A DNA stretch of 64,000 nt from Bacteroidales bacterium (GTDB taxonomy: Bacteria; Bacteroidota; Bacteroidia; Bacteroidales; DTU049): assembly GCA_026418905.1 (NCBI GenBank), contig JAOAAK010000028.1:6433-70432 (forward strand). The letters run 5' to 3'. The notes under the pieces were generated by a model. The model did no database searches. It saw nothing but the letters and a program-made list of their open reading frames with translations, and was not told the DNA's origin. Positions 10,062-20,200 of this stretch are shown in pieces. Position 1 is the stretch's first letter, and every line of letters begins with the position of its first letter. The translations under genes were made by a program, and so were the position numbers.

Positions 10062-10423
10062 GAAAAAGTTTTTTGTTGGTTAAACAACTGACCGGTATCT
10101 ACATAATCGCCCCATAATTTTTCTATTTGATAGTATTCTCTTGCATGTTTCTGAAAAATATGCACAATCAAATTACCGTAATCTAACAATATCCATTCAG
10201 CATTTTGATATCCTTCTACATGACTAGGTTTCAGTTTCTTTTCATAAGCAAATTCACCCAAGAGGGCGTCTGCCATGCTTCTTACCTGGACAGATGAATC
10301 ACCGTGACAAATTAAAAAAAAATCACATAAAGGATGATTTTCAAAACGAATAATGACAGGATCTTGAGCTTTTTTAGAGAGCAAGAGTGCATATATACTT
10401 GCCAGCAATTCCCTGTCTTTCAT
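10058..10423 (-). CDS. rsfS: Ribosome silencing factor RsfS
   Basis: The DFFLICHGDS...EGYQNAEWILLDYGNLIVHIF...YYQIEKLWGD motifs are present. I place the start at the ATG at 10423, because the TTG at 10435 in the ORF track lies inside the -7 promoter box. The stop overlaps the ftsH start as ATGA. Confidence 0.85.
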   Translation of the reverse strand: MKDRELLASIYALLLSKKAQDPVIIRFENHPLCDFFLICHGDSSVQVRSMADALLGEFAYEKKLKPSHVEGYQNAEWILLDYGNLIVHIFQKHAREYYQIEKLWGDYVDTGQLFNQQKTFS

Positions 10424-10432
10424 GTTTTTTTG

Positions 10433-10440
10433 CAAATGTA
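10433..10440 (-). promoter_or_regulatory. Bacteroidota -7 box TAnnTTTG (tacatttg) for rsfS-ftsH
   Basis: Exact match to TAnnTTTG on the minus strand. The ATG at 10423 begins 10 nt after the end of the motif. Confidence 0.55.
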
Positions 10441-10473
10441 CGATAAAAGTTTGACATCTCTAAGAATTTGTTT

Positions 10474-10481
10474 TACTTTTG
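10474..10481 (+). promoter_or_regulatory. Bacteroidota -7 box TAnnTTTG (tacttttg) for paralog A
   Basis: Exact match. A TTTG at 10450-10453 is a possible -33 element at 20-nt spacing. The ATG at 10489 begins 8 nt after the end of the motif. Confidence 0.6.
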
Positions 10482-10488
10482 CAAAAAA

Positions 10489-11463
10489 ATGAAGAGGTAT
10501 ATTTTATTTATTTTAACACTTAATTTCGTACTTTTACGTGGTCAATTTTATGTATTTAATGGAAACATTGGAAACATTCCCATTACCATGCACATTCTAA
10601 AAACCCCTATAGGCTTCTTTGGAAGTTATTACTACGAAAAGATCAAATTACCAATTATGCTCGTCAGTTGGACAACCCCTCAGGAATCTTCTAAAAAATG
10701 GAAACTTTACGCTAAAGTGGGCAATCAAAGTGAAGAATTTGACGGTGTTTTTGATGGCAACATTTTTAGTGGAACTTGGAAAAAAAATGAAAAAAGCCTA
10801 CCCTTTTCCTTGAAACGAAATACGGCAACGGAACAATTATATAAAACATATCACTCTTATGATAGCGCTAGCTATTATAAATTTTCTTGTAGTGTAGTCT
10901 ATCCTTTGTCATCTCATCCAAATTTTTCTTTGATTGAAAATTATTTTTTTGAATACAGCATCCCCTCTTTTTTAAAGCAAATTGAAATTAAAAAAGCTGA
11001 AAATTTTGCACAACATAAAAGTGATTTTTCAGAATTTGAATCTATAAGTATACCCGAAGATATTACCATGTTTTATCCTATTTATTCATCAACCAACTTT
11101 ATTGTTTATGCAAAATATGATTACACGAATTTAGGCGGCGCTCGTGGCTACAAGTCCTTTTCGTATAGTACTTTAAGTCTAAAGTTAAATACTATCATTG
11201 AAGCTTCCGATATTTTACCGATTGATCATAAAGCTTTGAACCAAAAATTAATCAATGAATTGAAAAAATTTTATGAAGACATTGAAATTGTTGATGATCT
11301 GCCCCTTTCAGATGCAACCATCTGCATGACAGATGGCGGTATTATGTTTAATTTTCCTCCTGGCATTTTATCTCTTTATAGCGATTTTTCCATTTATCTT
11401 TCAAGAAATGATGCTGAATTGCTTCTTAACAATTTTGCTAAAAATTTATGGACTAACGAATAA
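10489..11463 (+). CDS. Secreted hypothetical protein, paralog A, with a DUF3298-like C-terminus
   Basis: Signal peptide MKRYILFILTLNFVLLRGQ. It is clearly homologous along its length to the next gene (GQFYVFNGN..ITM..L.TP.G..GSYY; GTWKK; MTDGG..F.FP.G). The C-terminal MTDGGIMFNFPPG pattern resembles DUF3298/RsiV-PdaC type domains, an assignment made from memory. Confidence 0.6.
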   Translation: MKRYILFILTLNFVLLRGQFYVFNGNIGNIPITMHILKTPIGFFGSYYYEKIKLPIMLVSWTTPQESSKKWKLYAKVGNQSEEFDGVFDGNIFSGTWKKNEKSLPFSLKRNTATEQLYKTYHSYDSASYYKFSCSVVYPLSSHPNFSLIENYFFEYSIPSFLKQIEIKKAENFAQHKSDFSEFESISIPEDITMFYPIYSSTNFIVYAKYDYTNLGGARGYKSFSYSTLSLKLNTIIEASDILPIDHKALNQKLINELKKFYEDIEIVDDLPLSDATICMTDGGIMFNFPPGILSLYSDFSIYLSRNDAELLLNNFAKNLWTNE

Positions 11464-11564
11464 TGCCACTTAATTTGGGATTGACTAAACTTTAGAACTC
11501 ATTCAGGTCAAATTACTTTTTTATCGCACGGATTGCTTATCTTTAAAGAAATCAAATTTTGATG

Positions 11565-11572
11565 TAAGTTTG
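11565..11572 (+). promoter_or_regulatory. Bacteroidota -7 box TAnnTTTG (taagtttg) for paralog B
   Basis: Exact match. The ATG at 11580 begins 8 nt after the end of the motif, the same spacing as for paralog A. Confidence 0.6.
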
Positions 11573-11579
11573 TAAAAAA

Positions 11580-12539
11580 ATGAAGTTATTTTTTTTCTAT
11601 ATCTGTTTTCTTCCAATTTTTGTTATCGGGCAATTGTATGTATTTAATGGAAACCTTAGTGATAAATCCATTACTATGTATGTTTTGTACACACCCGTAG
11701 GCATGTGGGGAAGTTATTATGATGAAGAGAGTAAAATACCTTATCCGCTAATAAATTGGGAAGATTTCTCCTCGTCCAACAATTGGAAACTTTATAAGAA
11801 AGAAAACAACATGATATCTGAAGAATTTAACGGTAAATTTGATGGAAAATATTTTAAGGGAACTTGGAAAAAAGGAAATAAAGAGTTATCCTTTAATCTA
11901 AAACAAGATCAAAAAACAGAAAAATTATTTGAAACTTTTACTTCTTACGACAAAACCAAATATAACCCTTTTTTTGTGGAAATAGTTTATCCCCTTAATA
12001 ATCATTCAAGTTACTCTCTTATTGAAAAACACATCTTCGAAGGAAATATTCAAAATTTCACAAAAGAAAAAGTGATAAACCGAAAAAAATACTATGCTAA
12101 TTTTCAAGATATCTTTGCAAACGAAGCCTTTGATAATCCACCCAGGGATTTTTATATTCTCTACCCTATTTATTTATCTTCTACATTTATTGTTTATGCT
12201 GAATATTTTTATGCTTCTCTAGCAATGGAACGAGAAGGATACTCTTTTACAGTCTTAAGCATTAAGAACGATCAACCTATTGAAATTTATGACATTGTTG
12301 CAGATGAAGATTTCGAGCTAAAAAAGCTCTTGACTGAACGATTAGCAAAAACTTATTCCTTACAAATCCCTGCTGAAGATCTTTCATGGAGTGAAATTGA
12401 TTTTTATATGACAGATGGAGGGGTTGTTTTTTGTTTTCCTTCTGGTTTCTTTTATCCTGGCATGTATAGAATCAGTTTAACACGTAAAGAAATTGAACCT
12501 TTTCTAAATCAGTTCGCCAAAAAGCACTGGGGTAATTAA
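11580..12539 (+). CDS. Secreted hypothetical protein, paralog B, with a DUF3298-like C-terminus
   Basis: Signal peptide MKLFFFYICFLPIFVIGQ. It is collinear in similarity with 10489-11463. Confidence 0.6.
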   Translation: MKLFFFYICFLPIFVIGQLYVFNGNLSDKSITMYVLYTPVGMWGSYYDEESKIPYPLINWEDFSSSNNWKLYKKENNMISEEFNGKFDGKYFKGTWKKGNKELSFNLKQDQKTEKLFETFTSYDKTKYNPFFVEIVYPLNNHSSYSLIEKHIFEGNIQNFTKEKVINRKKYYANFQDIFANEAFDNPPRDFYILYPIYLSSTFIVYAEYFYASLAMEREGYSFTVLSIKNDQPIEIYDIVADEDFELKKLLTERLAKTYSLQIPAEDLSWSEIDFYMTDGGVVFCFPSGFFYPGMYRISLTRKEIEPFLNQFAKKHWGN

Positions 12540-12565
12540 ATCTAATTTTTTTAAAAGTAAAACCT

Positions 12566-14122
12566 ATGCCCAGCAAAAAAGTTAAAACCAAAGCTTCTGA
12601 TAAAGAATCAGCCCAAAATCCCATACTCGAGCATGGGCGGATTCCACCCAATGCCATTCAAATCGAACCATTTGTTTTGGGGGCACTTCTGATTGACCCA
12701 CAAGCTATTAACGCTGTCATTGATTTTCTCCATCCAGACGTTTTTTACAAAGAAAATCATAGAATTATTTATAAATGCATCCAGGACCTTTTTTCTAAAA
12801 GCATGCCTATCGACATTTTAACCGTAGCGGAAGAATTAAAAAAACAAGATCTTTTTGAAGAGGCAGGAGGGTCCGCATATTTGATACAACTTTCAAATAG
12901 TGTTGTTTCTAGTGCCAATATCGAATACCATGCACGAATTTTAGTCGAAAAATACCTAAAACGAAAACTCATTGAAATTTCGACAGAAATCATTAACGAA
13001 GCTCATGAAGAAAGTATTGATGTTTTCGATCTCCTAGATACTGCCGAAAACAAACTTTTCCAAATAAATGAAGAAAACCTGAAACGTAAAGGTGGAGCCA
13101 TTACCTACATCCTCAGCGATGTTAAGGAAAACATACATCATGCAGCAAAAAGCAACACAACCGTCACAGGAGTTCCTAGTGGCTTTAAGTCTCTCGATCA
13201 GTACACTTCTGGTTGGCAACCTTCTGATCTTATCATCATTGCTGCAAGGCCAGGTATGGGAAAAACAGCTTTCGTGCTGACGATGGCACGAAAAATGACT
13301 GTCGAATACAAAATACCAACTGCTTTTTTTTCTCTTGAAATGAGTTCTCACCAACTTGTCATGCGACTATTATCATCCGAAACGCGAATACCAACAGATG
13401 TTCTAAGAAGAGGACAATTGTCACAACAACAATGGAAAATGCTCAATCGATCCATAGAAACACTATCGTCAGCTCCGTTTTTTATCGACGATACACCATC
13501 CCTCTCCATTTTTGAGCTTCGCGCTAAAGCTCGCCGATTCAAACAACAACATGACATTCAGTGTATTATTATTGACTATCTCCAGCTCATGTCAGCAAAA
13601 GTAGATAAAAATGCCACACGGGAAATTGAAATTGCAACCATTTCCAGATCTTTAAAAGCTTTAGCTAAGGAACTAAATATTCCTGTGATCGCTCTTTCAC
13701 AACTTAGCCGCGAAGTAGAAAAAAGAGCTGGAACCAAGCGTCCTCAGTTGTCGGACTTGCGTGAATCAGGATCCATCGAACAGGATGCCGATCTTGTATT
13801 ATTTATTTATAGACCAGAATACTACTATAAGGAAGGATCGGGTAAACAAGCCATACCAGAGGAACAAAAAAATTACGCCGAAATCATCATAGAAAAACAT
13901 AGAAATGGACCACAGGGAACTGTCAAACTTAAGTTTATTCCCAATTTTGCTACATTCTACGATGAAACTGATCATGATTATCAACTAGCAATCAATTACC
14001 TCAAAGAACTTGAACCAGAAACTACATATACCACCGACTCAATCATTGTTGAATCTCGTATGAATAAAGAAGTTGATGAATATCTATATTCTGGCACGGA
14101 AAATGAGGATGAACCTTTTTAA
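12566..14122 (+). CDS. dnaB: Replicative DNA helicase DnaB
   Basis: N-terminal DnaB domain (PPNAIQIEPFVLGALL), Walker A ARPGMGKTAF, Walker B IIIDYLQLM and SQLSREVEKR...LSDLRESGSIEQDAD. Confidence 0.95.
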   Translation: MPSKKVKTKASDKESAQNPILEHGRIPPNAIQIEPFVLGALLIDPQAINAVIDFLHPDVFYKENHRIIYKCIQDLFSKSMPIDILTVAEELKKQDLFEEAGGSAYLIQLSNSVVSSANIEYHARILVEKYLKRKLIEISTEIINEAHEESIDVFDLLDTAENKLFQINEENLKRKGGAITYILSDVKENIHHAAKSNTTVTGVPSGFKSLDQYTSGWQPSDLIIIAARPGMGKTAFVLTMARKMTVEYKIPTAFFSLEMSSHQLVMRLLSSETRIPTDVLRRGQLSQQQWKMLNRSIETLSSAPFFIDDTPSLSIFELRAKARRFKQQHDIQCIIIDYLQLMSAKVDKNATREIEIATISRSLKALAKELNIPVIALSQLSREVEKRAGTKRPQLSDLRESGSIEQDADLVLFIYRPEYYYKEGSGKQAIPEEQKNYAEIIIEKHRNGPQGTVKLKFIPNFATFYDETDHDYQLAINYLKELEPETTYTTDSIIVESRMNKEVDEYLYSGTENEDEPF

Positions 14123-14135
14123 AAACACCTTACCC

Positions 14136-15392
14136 ATGAGACCATACATACTTATCTTAATGTTTTCTATGATAACACAAGTTCAAGCTACGTTTCTTCT
14201 CATTCCCATGGATGAAAAACAAAAAAACCATCTAAAAGCTTATGGAATTGCTTATTGGATTTTACAGAACAATTTGGAAGTTGAATGGTTACTCAACTAT
14301 CGTGGAGGGAGTTTTCTCACAGGTTATTCCAAAACAGTTCAAATCGAATGTCAGTTGCGTGGTGTAACATGTGAAGTTTTGGCAGACGCACAAGTGGCTT
14401 CTATAAAGGAATATATTTCACAACCTGATGTAAATATGGATGTTATGAAGTTGGTCAAAGCTCCACGTATTGCTGTATATGCACCCAAATACTATCAACC
14501 CTGGGACGATGCTGTCATGCTGGTACTTACATATGCCGAAATTCCTTATGATGTGATTTATGACGAGGAGGTATTGCAAGGTGCACTGCTAAAATATGAC
14601 TGGCTCCACCTACATCATGAAGATTTTACAGGGCAATTTGGAAAATTTTGGGCAGCTTATAGAAATTCTGATTGGTATCAGAAACAAGTTGAAGAAGATC
14701 AACGCATTGCTCGTCTATATGGTTTCAATAAAGTATCAAAACTCAAATTGGCCATAGCCAAAAAAATTAGAGATTTTGTAGCCGGAGGTGGATATCTTTT
14801 TGCCATGTGTAGTGCCCCGGAAAGCATTGACATAGCACTAGCAGCTGAAAACACAGATATTTGTCCTGAACCCTTCGACGGTGATCCTGTCGATTATGAT
14901 TACGCCAAAAAGCTTGACTTTACACAAACCTTTGCTTTTCAAAATTTCACTGTTGTGGTTAACCCTTATGAATATGCTAAATCGAATATAGACGTTACAC
15001 GTACACGCCCTAAAGTAAGACAGGAAGATGATCTTTTTGTTTTGTTCGAGTTTTCAGCGAAATGGGACCCCATTGCTACTTTACTTACTCAAGATCACGA
15101 ACGTATTATTCGTGGCTTTATGGGTCAATCCACAGCCTTTAATCCTAAAACTCTCAAACCCAATGTTGTCGTTCTTGCAGATAACAAACAATTTAATGAA
15201 GCTCGTTATATATACGGTGAATTCGGCAAGGGCTTTTTTGCTTTTCTTGGAGGACACGATCCTGAAGATTATCAACATTTTGTTTATGATCCACCTACAG
15301 ACTTAAATCTTTTTCCAAATTCAGCTGGCTATCGTCTCATTCTTAACAACGTTCTTTTCCCTTCTGCACAAAAAAAACAACAAAAAACATAA
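14136..15392 (+). CDS. Conserved secreted hypothetical protein, possibly with a class-I glutamine-amidotransferase-like (ThuA/DUF4159/DJ-1-like) fold
   Basis: Signal peptide MRPYILILMFSMITQVQA. A nucleophile-elbow-like GGGYLFAMCSAPESID is present, along with HLHHEDF and GGHDPED motifs. I place the start at the ATG at 14136, 14 nt after the dnaB stop. The fold assignment is speculative. Confidence 0.45.
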   Translation: MRPYILILMFSMITQVQATFLLIPMDEKQKNHLKAYGIAYWILQNNLEVEWLLNYRGGSFLTGYSKTVQIECQLRGVTCEVLADAQVASIKEYISQPDVNMDVMKLVKAPRIAVYAPKYYQPWDDAVMLVLTYAEIPYDVIYDEEVLQGALLKYDWLHLHHEDFTGQFGKFWAAYRNSDWYQKQVEEDQRIARLYGFNKVSKLKLAIAKKIRDFVAGGGYLFAMCSAPESIDIALAAENTDICPEPFDGDPVDYDYAKKLDFTQTFAFQNFTVVVNPYEYAKSNIDVTRTRPKVRQEDDLFVLFEFSAKWDPIATLLTQDHERIIRGFMGQSTAFNPKTLKPNVVVLADNKQFNEARYIYGEFGKGFFAFLGGHDPEDYQHFVYDPPTDLNLFPNSAGYRLILNNVLFPSAQKKQQKT

Positions 15393-15430
15393 TCATATTT
15401 TTTCAAACAACTAAAGCCAATCAAAAATTG

Positions 15431-15438
15431 TATTTTTG
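15431..15438 (+). promoter_or_regulatory. -7 box TAnnTTTG (tatttttg) for the protease gene
   Basis: Exact match. The ATG at 15452 begins 14 nt after the end of the motif. Confidence 0.5.
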
Positions 15439-15451
15439 AAAAAAATTTATC

Positions 15452-17134
15452 ATGAAGAAGTTTAACTTTTTTATTGTATTATCTCTTTTCTGGATCGTGG
15501 GATACATCCCATCTAAAGCTCAGCAAAATGTTCCTGGTACACCACCTAGTTTTACATGGAATCTCTCCATTACTGAAGTTCCTTGCATGTTTTTACCAAA
15601 GCCAGATTTACAAACTATAGCAAAAGAAGACGAAGAGATGCAAATTCGTGGAAGAGGTTACCGTAACGGCGTTTTTGTAGATGCATTTATTAACCCCATT
15701 ACAACAGGAATATGGAGTTATTTACCTGATGGATCAAAAATTTGGCGAATTAAAGTATCAATCCCCGATGCAAAGGCGTTAGGCATATATTTTTCCAATT
15801 ACAAACTTCTACCGGGAATGGTTTTTTATGCTTACACACCTGACAAAAGTTTCGTGATTGGAGGTTTTACTGAAATTAATAACAATTACGATTATCCTGT
15901 TATGGCAACACAAGAAATACCAGGAGATGAGGTAATAATTGAACTCTTCGTACCAGAAGGAATTGCTCATCATGAATACGCATTCGAAATCGATAAACTA
16001 GCCTACTTCTATCGTTCAACTCCTTTTGAAAATTCAACTAAAGTGGGAACATGCTACATAAATGTAGCTTGTTCTGAAGGAGATAATTGGCAAAACCAGG
16101 TACGTGGTGTTGCTAAGGTCACTATGGTTTTAAGTGATGGAACTTATCTTTGTTCTGGGACTCTTATTAATAACACCAACCAAGATTGTAAAAAATATTT
16201 TTTAATGGCTGATCATTGTTCAGTTTCAGGTAGTGGGGTTCCTGTCACTTCTGCTCAGCTTTTACAATGGACTTTTAGATTCAACTATCAAGCTACAACT
16301 TGTACTGGGACAGCATCAGGTCCATCCCAAGTATTAACTGGAGCTTACTACAGAGCTTCTGACACTTATGGAGAGGATAACTCAGGATCTGATTTTTTCT
16401 TGTGTGAACTTAAAGAAAATCTCTCAACAACCATAAATCCATACTTTAACGGTTGGAGTATTTCAACCTCTCCTGCATCCAGTGGTGTGTGCATTCATCA
16501 TCCTGCTGGTGTTATCAAGAAGATTAGTACCTACACCACACCTTTAACTACCTATGGAAACACACATTGGAAAGTATATTGGGCAACAACCACAAACGGT
16601 CATAGTGTCACAGAAGGAGGTTCATCAGGTTCACCTTTGTTCAATCAGAACAAATTGGTAGTTGGTACTTTGACAGGCGGTCTCTCTGCTTGTACCGATG
16701 GTGAAGCTGGTCCAGGCACTGGACCTAATCAACCCGACATTTATGGTCGGATGGATAAACATTTTACGGGCATTGGTACCTCCAATGATAAAAGGCTAAA
16801 ACCCTGGCTCGATCCAACCAATTCCAATGTATCTACACTCAGTGGAAGAAATCTCTGCACTACTTCTTTCAACGATTTTCTCTCTGTTTTACAAAAAATC
16901 AACATTTTCCCAAATCCAGCATCAACAGTTCTTCATATTGATATGTCTTCCTTTGAAATGACTGACATTAACGTTACTATTTCAGATTATACAGGTAAAG
17001 TTGTATGGAACCAGTTTTATTCTACCATTTCCGGTAAATTAACAATACCAATTGACGAATTGAGAGCGGGCATTTATTTCATTACTTTTGAACAAGAAGG
17101 GAAAAAATTCTACGAAAATTTTGTAAAGCTATAA
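15452..17134 (+). CDS. Secreted trypsin-fold serine endopeptidase (lysyl-endopeptidase-like, family S1) with a T9SS type A C-terminal domain
   Basis: His motif CSGTLINNTNQDCKKYFLMADHC, Ser motif TEGGSSGSPLF, a signal peptide and the C-terminal tail IFPNPASTVLHIDM...GIYFITFEQ. Confidence 0.7.
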   Translation: MKKFNFFIVLSLFWIVGYIPSKAQQNVPGTPPSFTWNLSITEVPCMFLPKPDLQTIAKEDEEMQIRGRGYRNGVFVDAFINPITTGIWSYLPDGSKIWRIKVSIPDAKALGIYFSNYKLLPGMVFYAYTPDKSFVIGGFTEINNNYDYPVMATQEIPGDEVIIELFVPEGIAHHEYAFEIDKLAYFYRSTPFENSTKVGTCYINVACSEGDNWQNQVRGVAKVTMVLSDGTYLCSGTLINNTNQDCKKYFLMADHCSVSGSGVPVTSAQLLQWTFRFNYQATTCTGTASGPSQVLTGAYYRASDTYGEDNSGSDFFLCELKENLSTTINPYFNGWSISTSPASSGVCIHHPAGVIKKISTYTTPLTTYGNTHWKVYWATTTNGHSVTEGGSSGSPLFNQNKLVVGTLTGGLSACTDGEAGPGTGPNQPDIYGRMDKHFTGIGTSNDKRLKPWLDPTNSNVSTLSGRNLCTTSFNDFLSVLQKINIFPNPASTVLHIDMSSFEMTDINVTISDYTGKVVWNQFYSTISGKLTIPIDELRAGIYFITFEQEGKKFYENFVKL

Positions 17135-17164
17135 TTGAGTCATATTAACTTAGTTAAAATAGTC

Positions 17165-17195
17165 ACCCTCCTCGTTGCAGGAGGGTTATTTTTTT
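17165..17195 (+). terminator. Rho-independent terminator downstream of the protease gene
   Basis: Stem accctcct (17165-17172) pairs with aggagggt (17179-17186) around a 6-nt loop, followed by tattttttt. Confidence 0.8.
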
Positions 17196-17216
17196 AATTG
17201 ATATTATAAAAATATT

Positions 17217-17224
17217 TATTTTTG
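17217..17224 (+). promoter_or_regulatory. -7 box TAnnTTTG (tatttttg) for the SBBP-repeat gene
   Basis: Exact match. The ATG at 17240 begins 16 nt after the end of the motif. The TTG at 17222 used by the ORF track lies inside the motif. Confidence 0.5.
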
Positions 17225-17239
17225 AATAAAATTATCCAT

Positions 17240-20200
17240 ATGGTTAAATTAAAACACATTTATTTGAAATGTATTTGCATATTTTTTATGCCAATACAGA
17301 TATTGCCTCAGCTGAATTATCGAGGAGAAAACACTGTTCCTTGTGTTTTTATTGAGAACAAAGGTCAATGGCCAAAAGAAGTGCTATTTCTATACAAGCA
17401 AAAAAACATTTTTTATTGGATCGTCAAAGATGGTATCATTATTGACATCGCAAGAAGCAATGAAGATCCTACAAATAGAATAAAAAATTACTCCGATAAT
17501 TCCACAAATAATCTTTTTTCATCAATTGAAGAAAGACATGTAGCCAGACTGTATTTCAAAAATGGTAATGTTAAAAACTATGAAGGAATTCTGGAAGAAA
17601 ACGTTACATTTAATTTTATCCTTGGAAACGACCCTACAAAACACATTACTGGAGTTAAATGTTTCAAACAGGTATATTTGAAAAATTTATATCCTGGCAT
17701 TGACGTTAAATACGAACTGACAGAAAAAGGAAACTTGCGTTTTGATTTTATAGTGAACCCCGGATCAGACCCTTCTCAAATCCTTTTAACTTTCAAAGGA
17801 ATAGACCATTTAAACATTACTCCTAAAAGTTTATTATTGCAAACACATTTAGGTGATTTACAAATAAAAGATATCAAGCTTATTCAAAAGAACGATTCTT
17901 TTCCCATATCTTTCATATCCCAAAAAGACGACATTGGTTTTTATATCCCTTCTTACAACAAAAATGAAATATTAATTATCGATCCAACCATTGAGTTTTC
18001 GAGCTATATGGGTGGTTCAAACGACGATTACCTGGTGGCTATTAACAAAAATATTTACTCTTGGTGGCCATTCATGTGGTTTGGTGGATATTCACGTTCA
18101 ACTGATTTTCCCAATATAACAGGATATGATGTCTCACATAATGGAGCATATGATGTTGTTCTCATAGTAAGTAATTTTTACAACTATCATGCGGTGACTT
18201 ATTTAGGTGGAAGTGGTGATGACTACTGTACCAATATAGGACTTTTGGGAGGCTTTCCTCCCAAACTTCTGATCTCAGGCTATACTAATTCTACAAACTT
18301 TCCTACCACTACTAATGCTTATCAACAGACCTTGATGGGAGCCTCTGATGGTTTCGTAACATGCATGACTTACACATTAAACAATTTAGTATTTTCTACT
18401 CTTTTAGGAGGCAGTAATGTCGACAAAATTAAAGCACTAGGTACAGATCAGAATGAAAACATTTATGTGGGAGGTATCACAACATCATCTAATTTTCCTA
18501 TAACTCAAAATGCTTTTCAAACAACTCTTTCCTCAAATCAAGCATGTTTTGTTACCAAACTAACACCTACCGGAGATAGTTTAATATTTTCAACATTTCT
18601 TCAAGGAAATAATATGCAAGAATTAGTAGCTTTAGAGGTTTATAATTCAAAACCTATTGTGGCTGGATATACCAATTCACAAAATTTTCCTCTTACCCCT
18701 GGGACTTTTCAAACTCCTTCCGCAAATTATGATATTTTTGTTACACGCCTCAATAACAATGGCTCAAATATCGAAAGAAGTGCACGTTTTGGAGGATCTC
18801 AAGAAGAGTATACTTCAGATCTCGAAATTGATCAATTCGGACAAATATACATCTGTGGAAAAACCAATTCCTCAGGATTTCCTATTACCTCAAATGCTAT
18901 TCAAACCACTTACAGGGGTGCTAATGATGGTTTTTTCGTTAAAATGGATAGTGCCTTTTCTCATATTCTTTATAGCACTTACTTCGGAGGGCATAAATTA
19001 GAGAATGTCTACAAAATGAATTATGATCCATATACAAAAAATGTATGCATTGTTGGCTCTACGTATTCTTTTGATTTTCCTATTTCACCTAATGCTTTTC
19101 AACAGAACAATAAAGGTAGTATGGATGGATTTATCATGAAAATTAACCCCAATGGTGAAATTGTTAAATATTATAGTACTTACCTTGGTGGTTCTACTTA
19201 CGATGAAATTAAAGATATCGTAATGTTATTCATGTACTCTAACCAAAATTATACTACTAAAGAATATGTGATTGGTTATACTTCTTCATTTGACTTCTAC
19301 ACAACACCAGATGCTTTTCAATTCACTATAAATCCGTTCGATGGGTTTATCATGCGTCTTTCATTGCCAACAGCGTTAGCAGTAGATTTCGAGCCAGATA
19401 TAATTTGCGAAGGCGACACGGGTACGATAATAGTCAGAGGAACCCCTTATGTCAAATGGTCCCATGATCCTTTTGAGGACACTCTTACTACTGTTATACC
19501 CCAACCTGGTTATATTTATGAAGTCAAAGGAATTCTAAATGGAGACACTTCCAGTCTTCTCTTTTCATATCCCATCGATGTTGTTCAAGTCAACGTGTTC
19601 CCCTCCCAGGCCTCCATCTGCAACGGTCAAGAAATCACTTTGACAGCATCTGGCGCAAACAATTATCAATGGTATCCTTTACCATTACAGGGTCCCCAAA
19701 TCACCATTTCTCCCGATTCATCTTTAAATTTATCAGTCATAGGAACTTCCTCTTTGGGATGCAAGGATACAGCATCTGCCTTCATCCAGATTAATTATTA
19801 TCCCACCTACGAATTAATCTCCGACCCTTCTACTGATCATCAATCCGTCTGTATAGGAGATTCTATCCAGAAAATTGAATATCTCCTCCATCATGTCAAT
19901 TCCATTCATTATCAACCCAACTCTTTCCCTCCAGGAATTTCAGCTTCTTTTAATCTTTCAAATCATAAGCTATCTATTAAGGGAGCTCCCTACCTGAGCG
20001 GAACATATGTTTACGGTGTTGAAGGTGATGGCCCCTGTGGTTCAATTTTCTTCAATGGTCTAATTCAAGTAGATCCATGCACCTCTATCGAAGAAATGGA
20101 CGAAGCTAATAATGATGTGATGATCGCTTCAAATGCTGTTAGTTTTGAACTAAGAGAACCAACCACCCTTTACATTCTGGATGCTCAAGGAAAGATAGTG

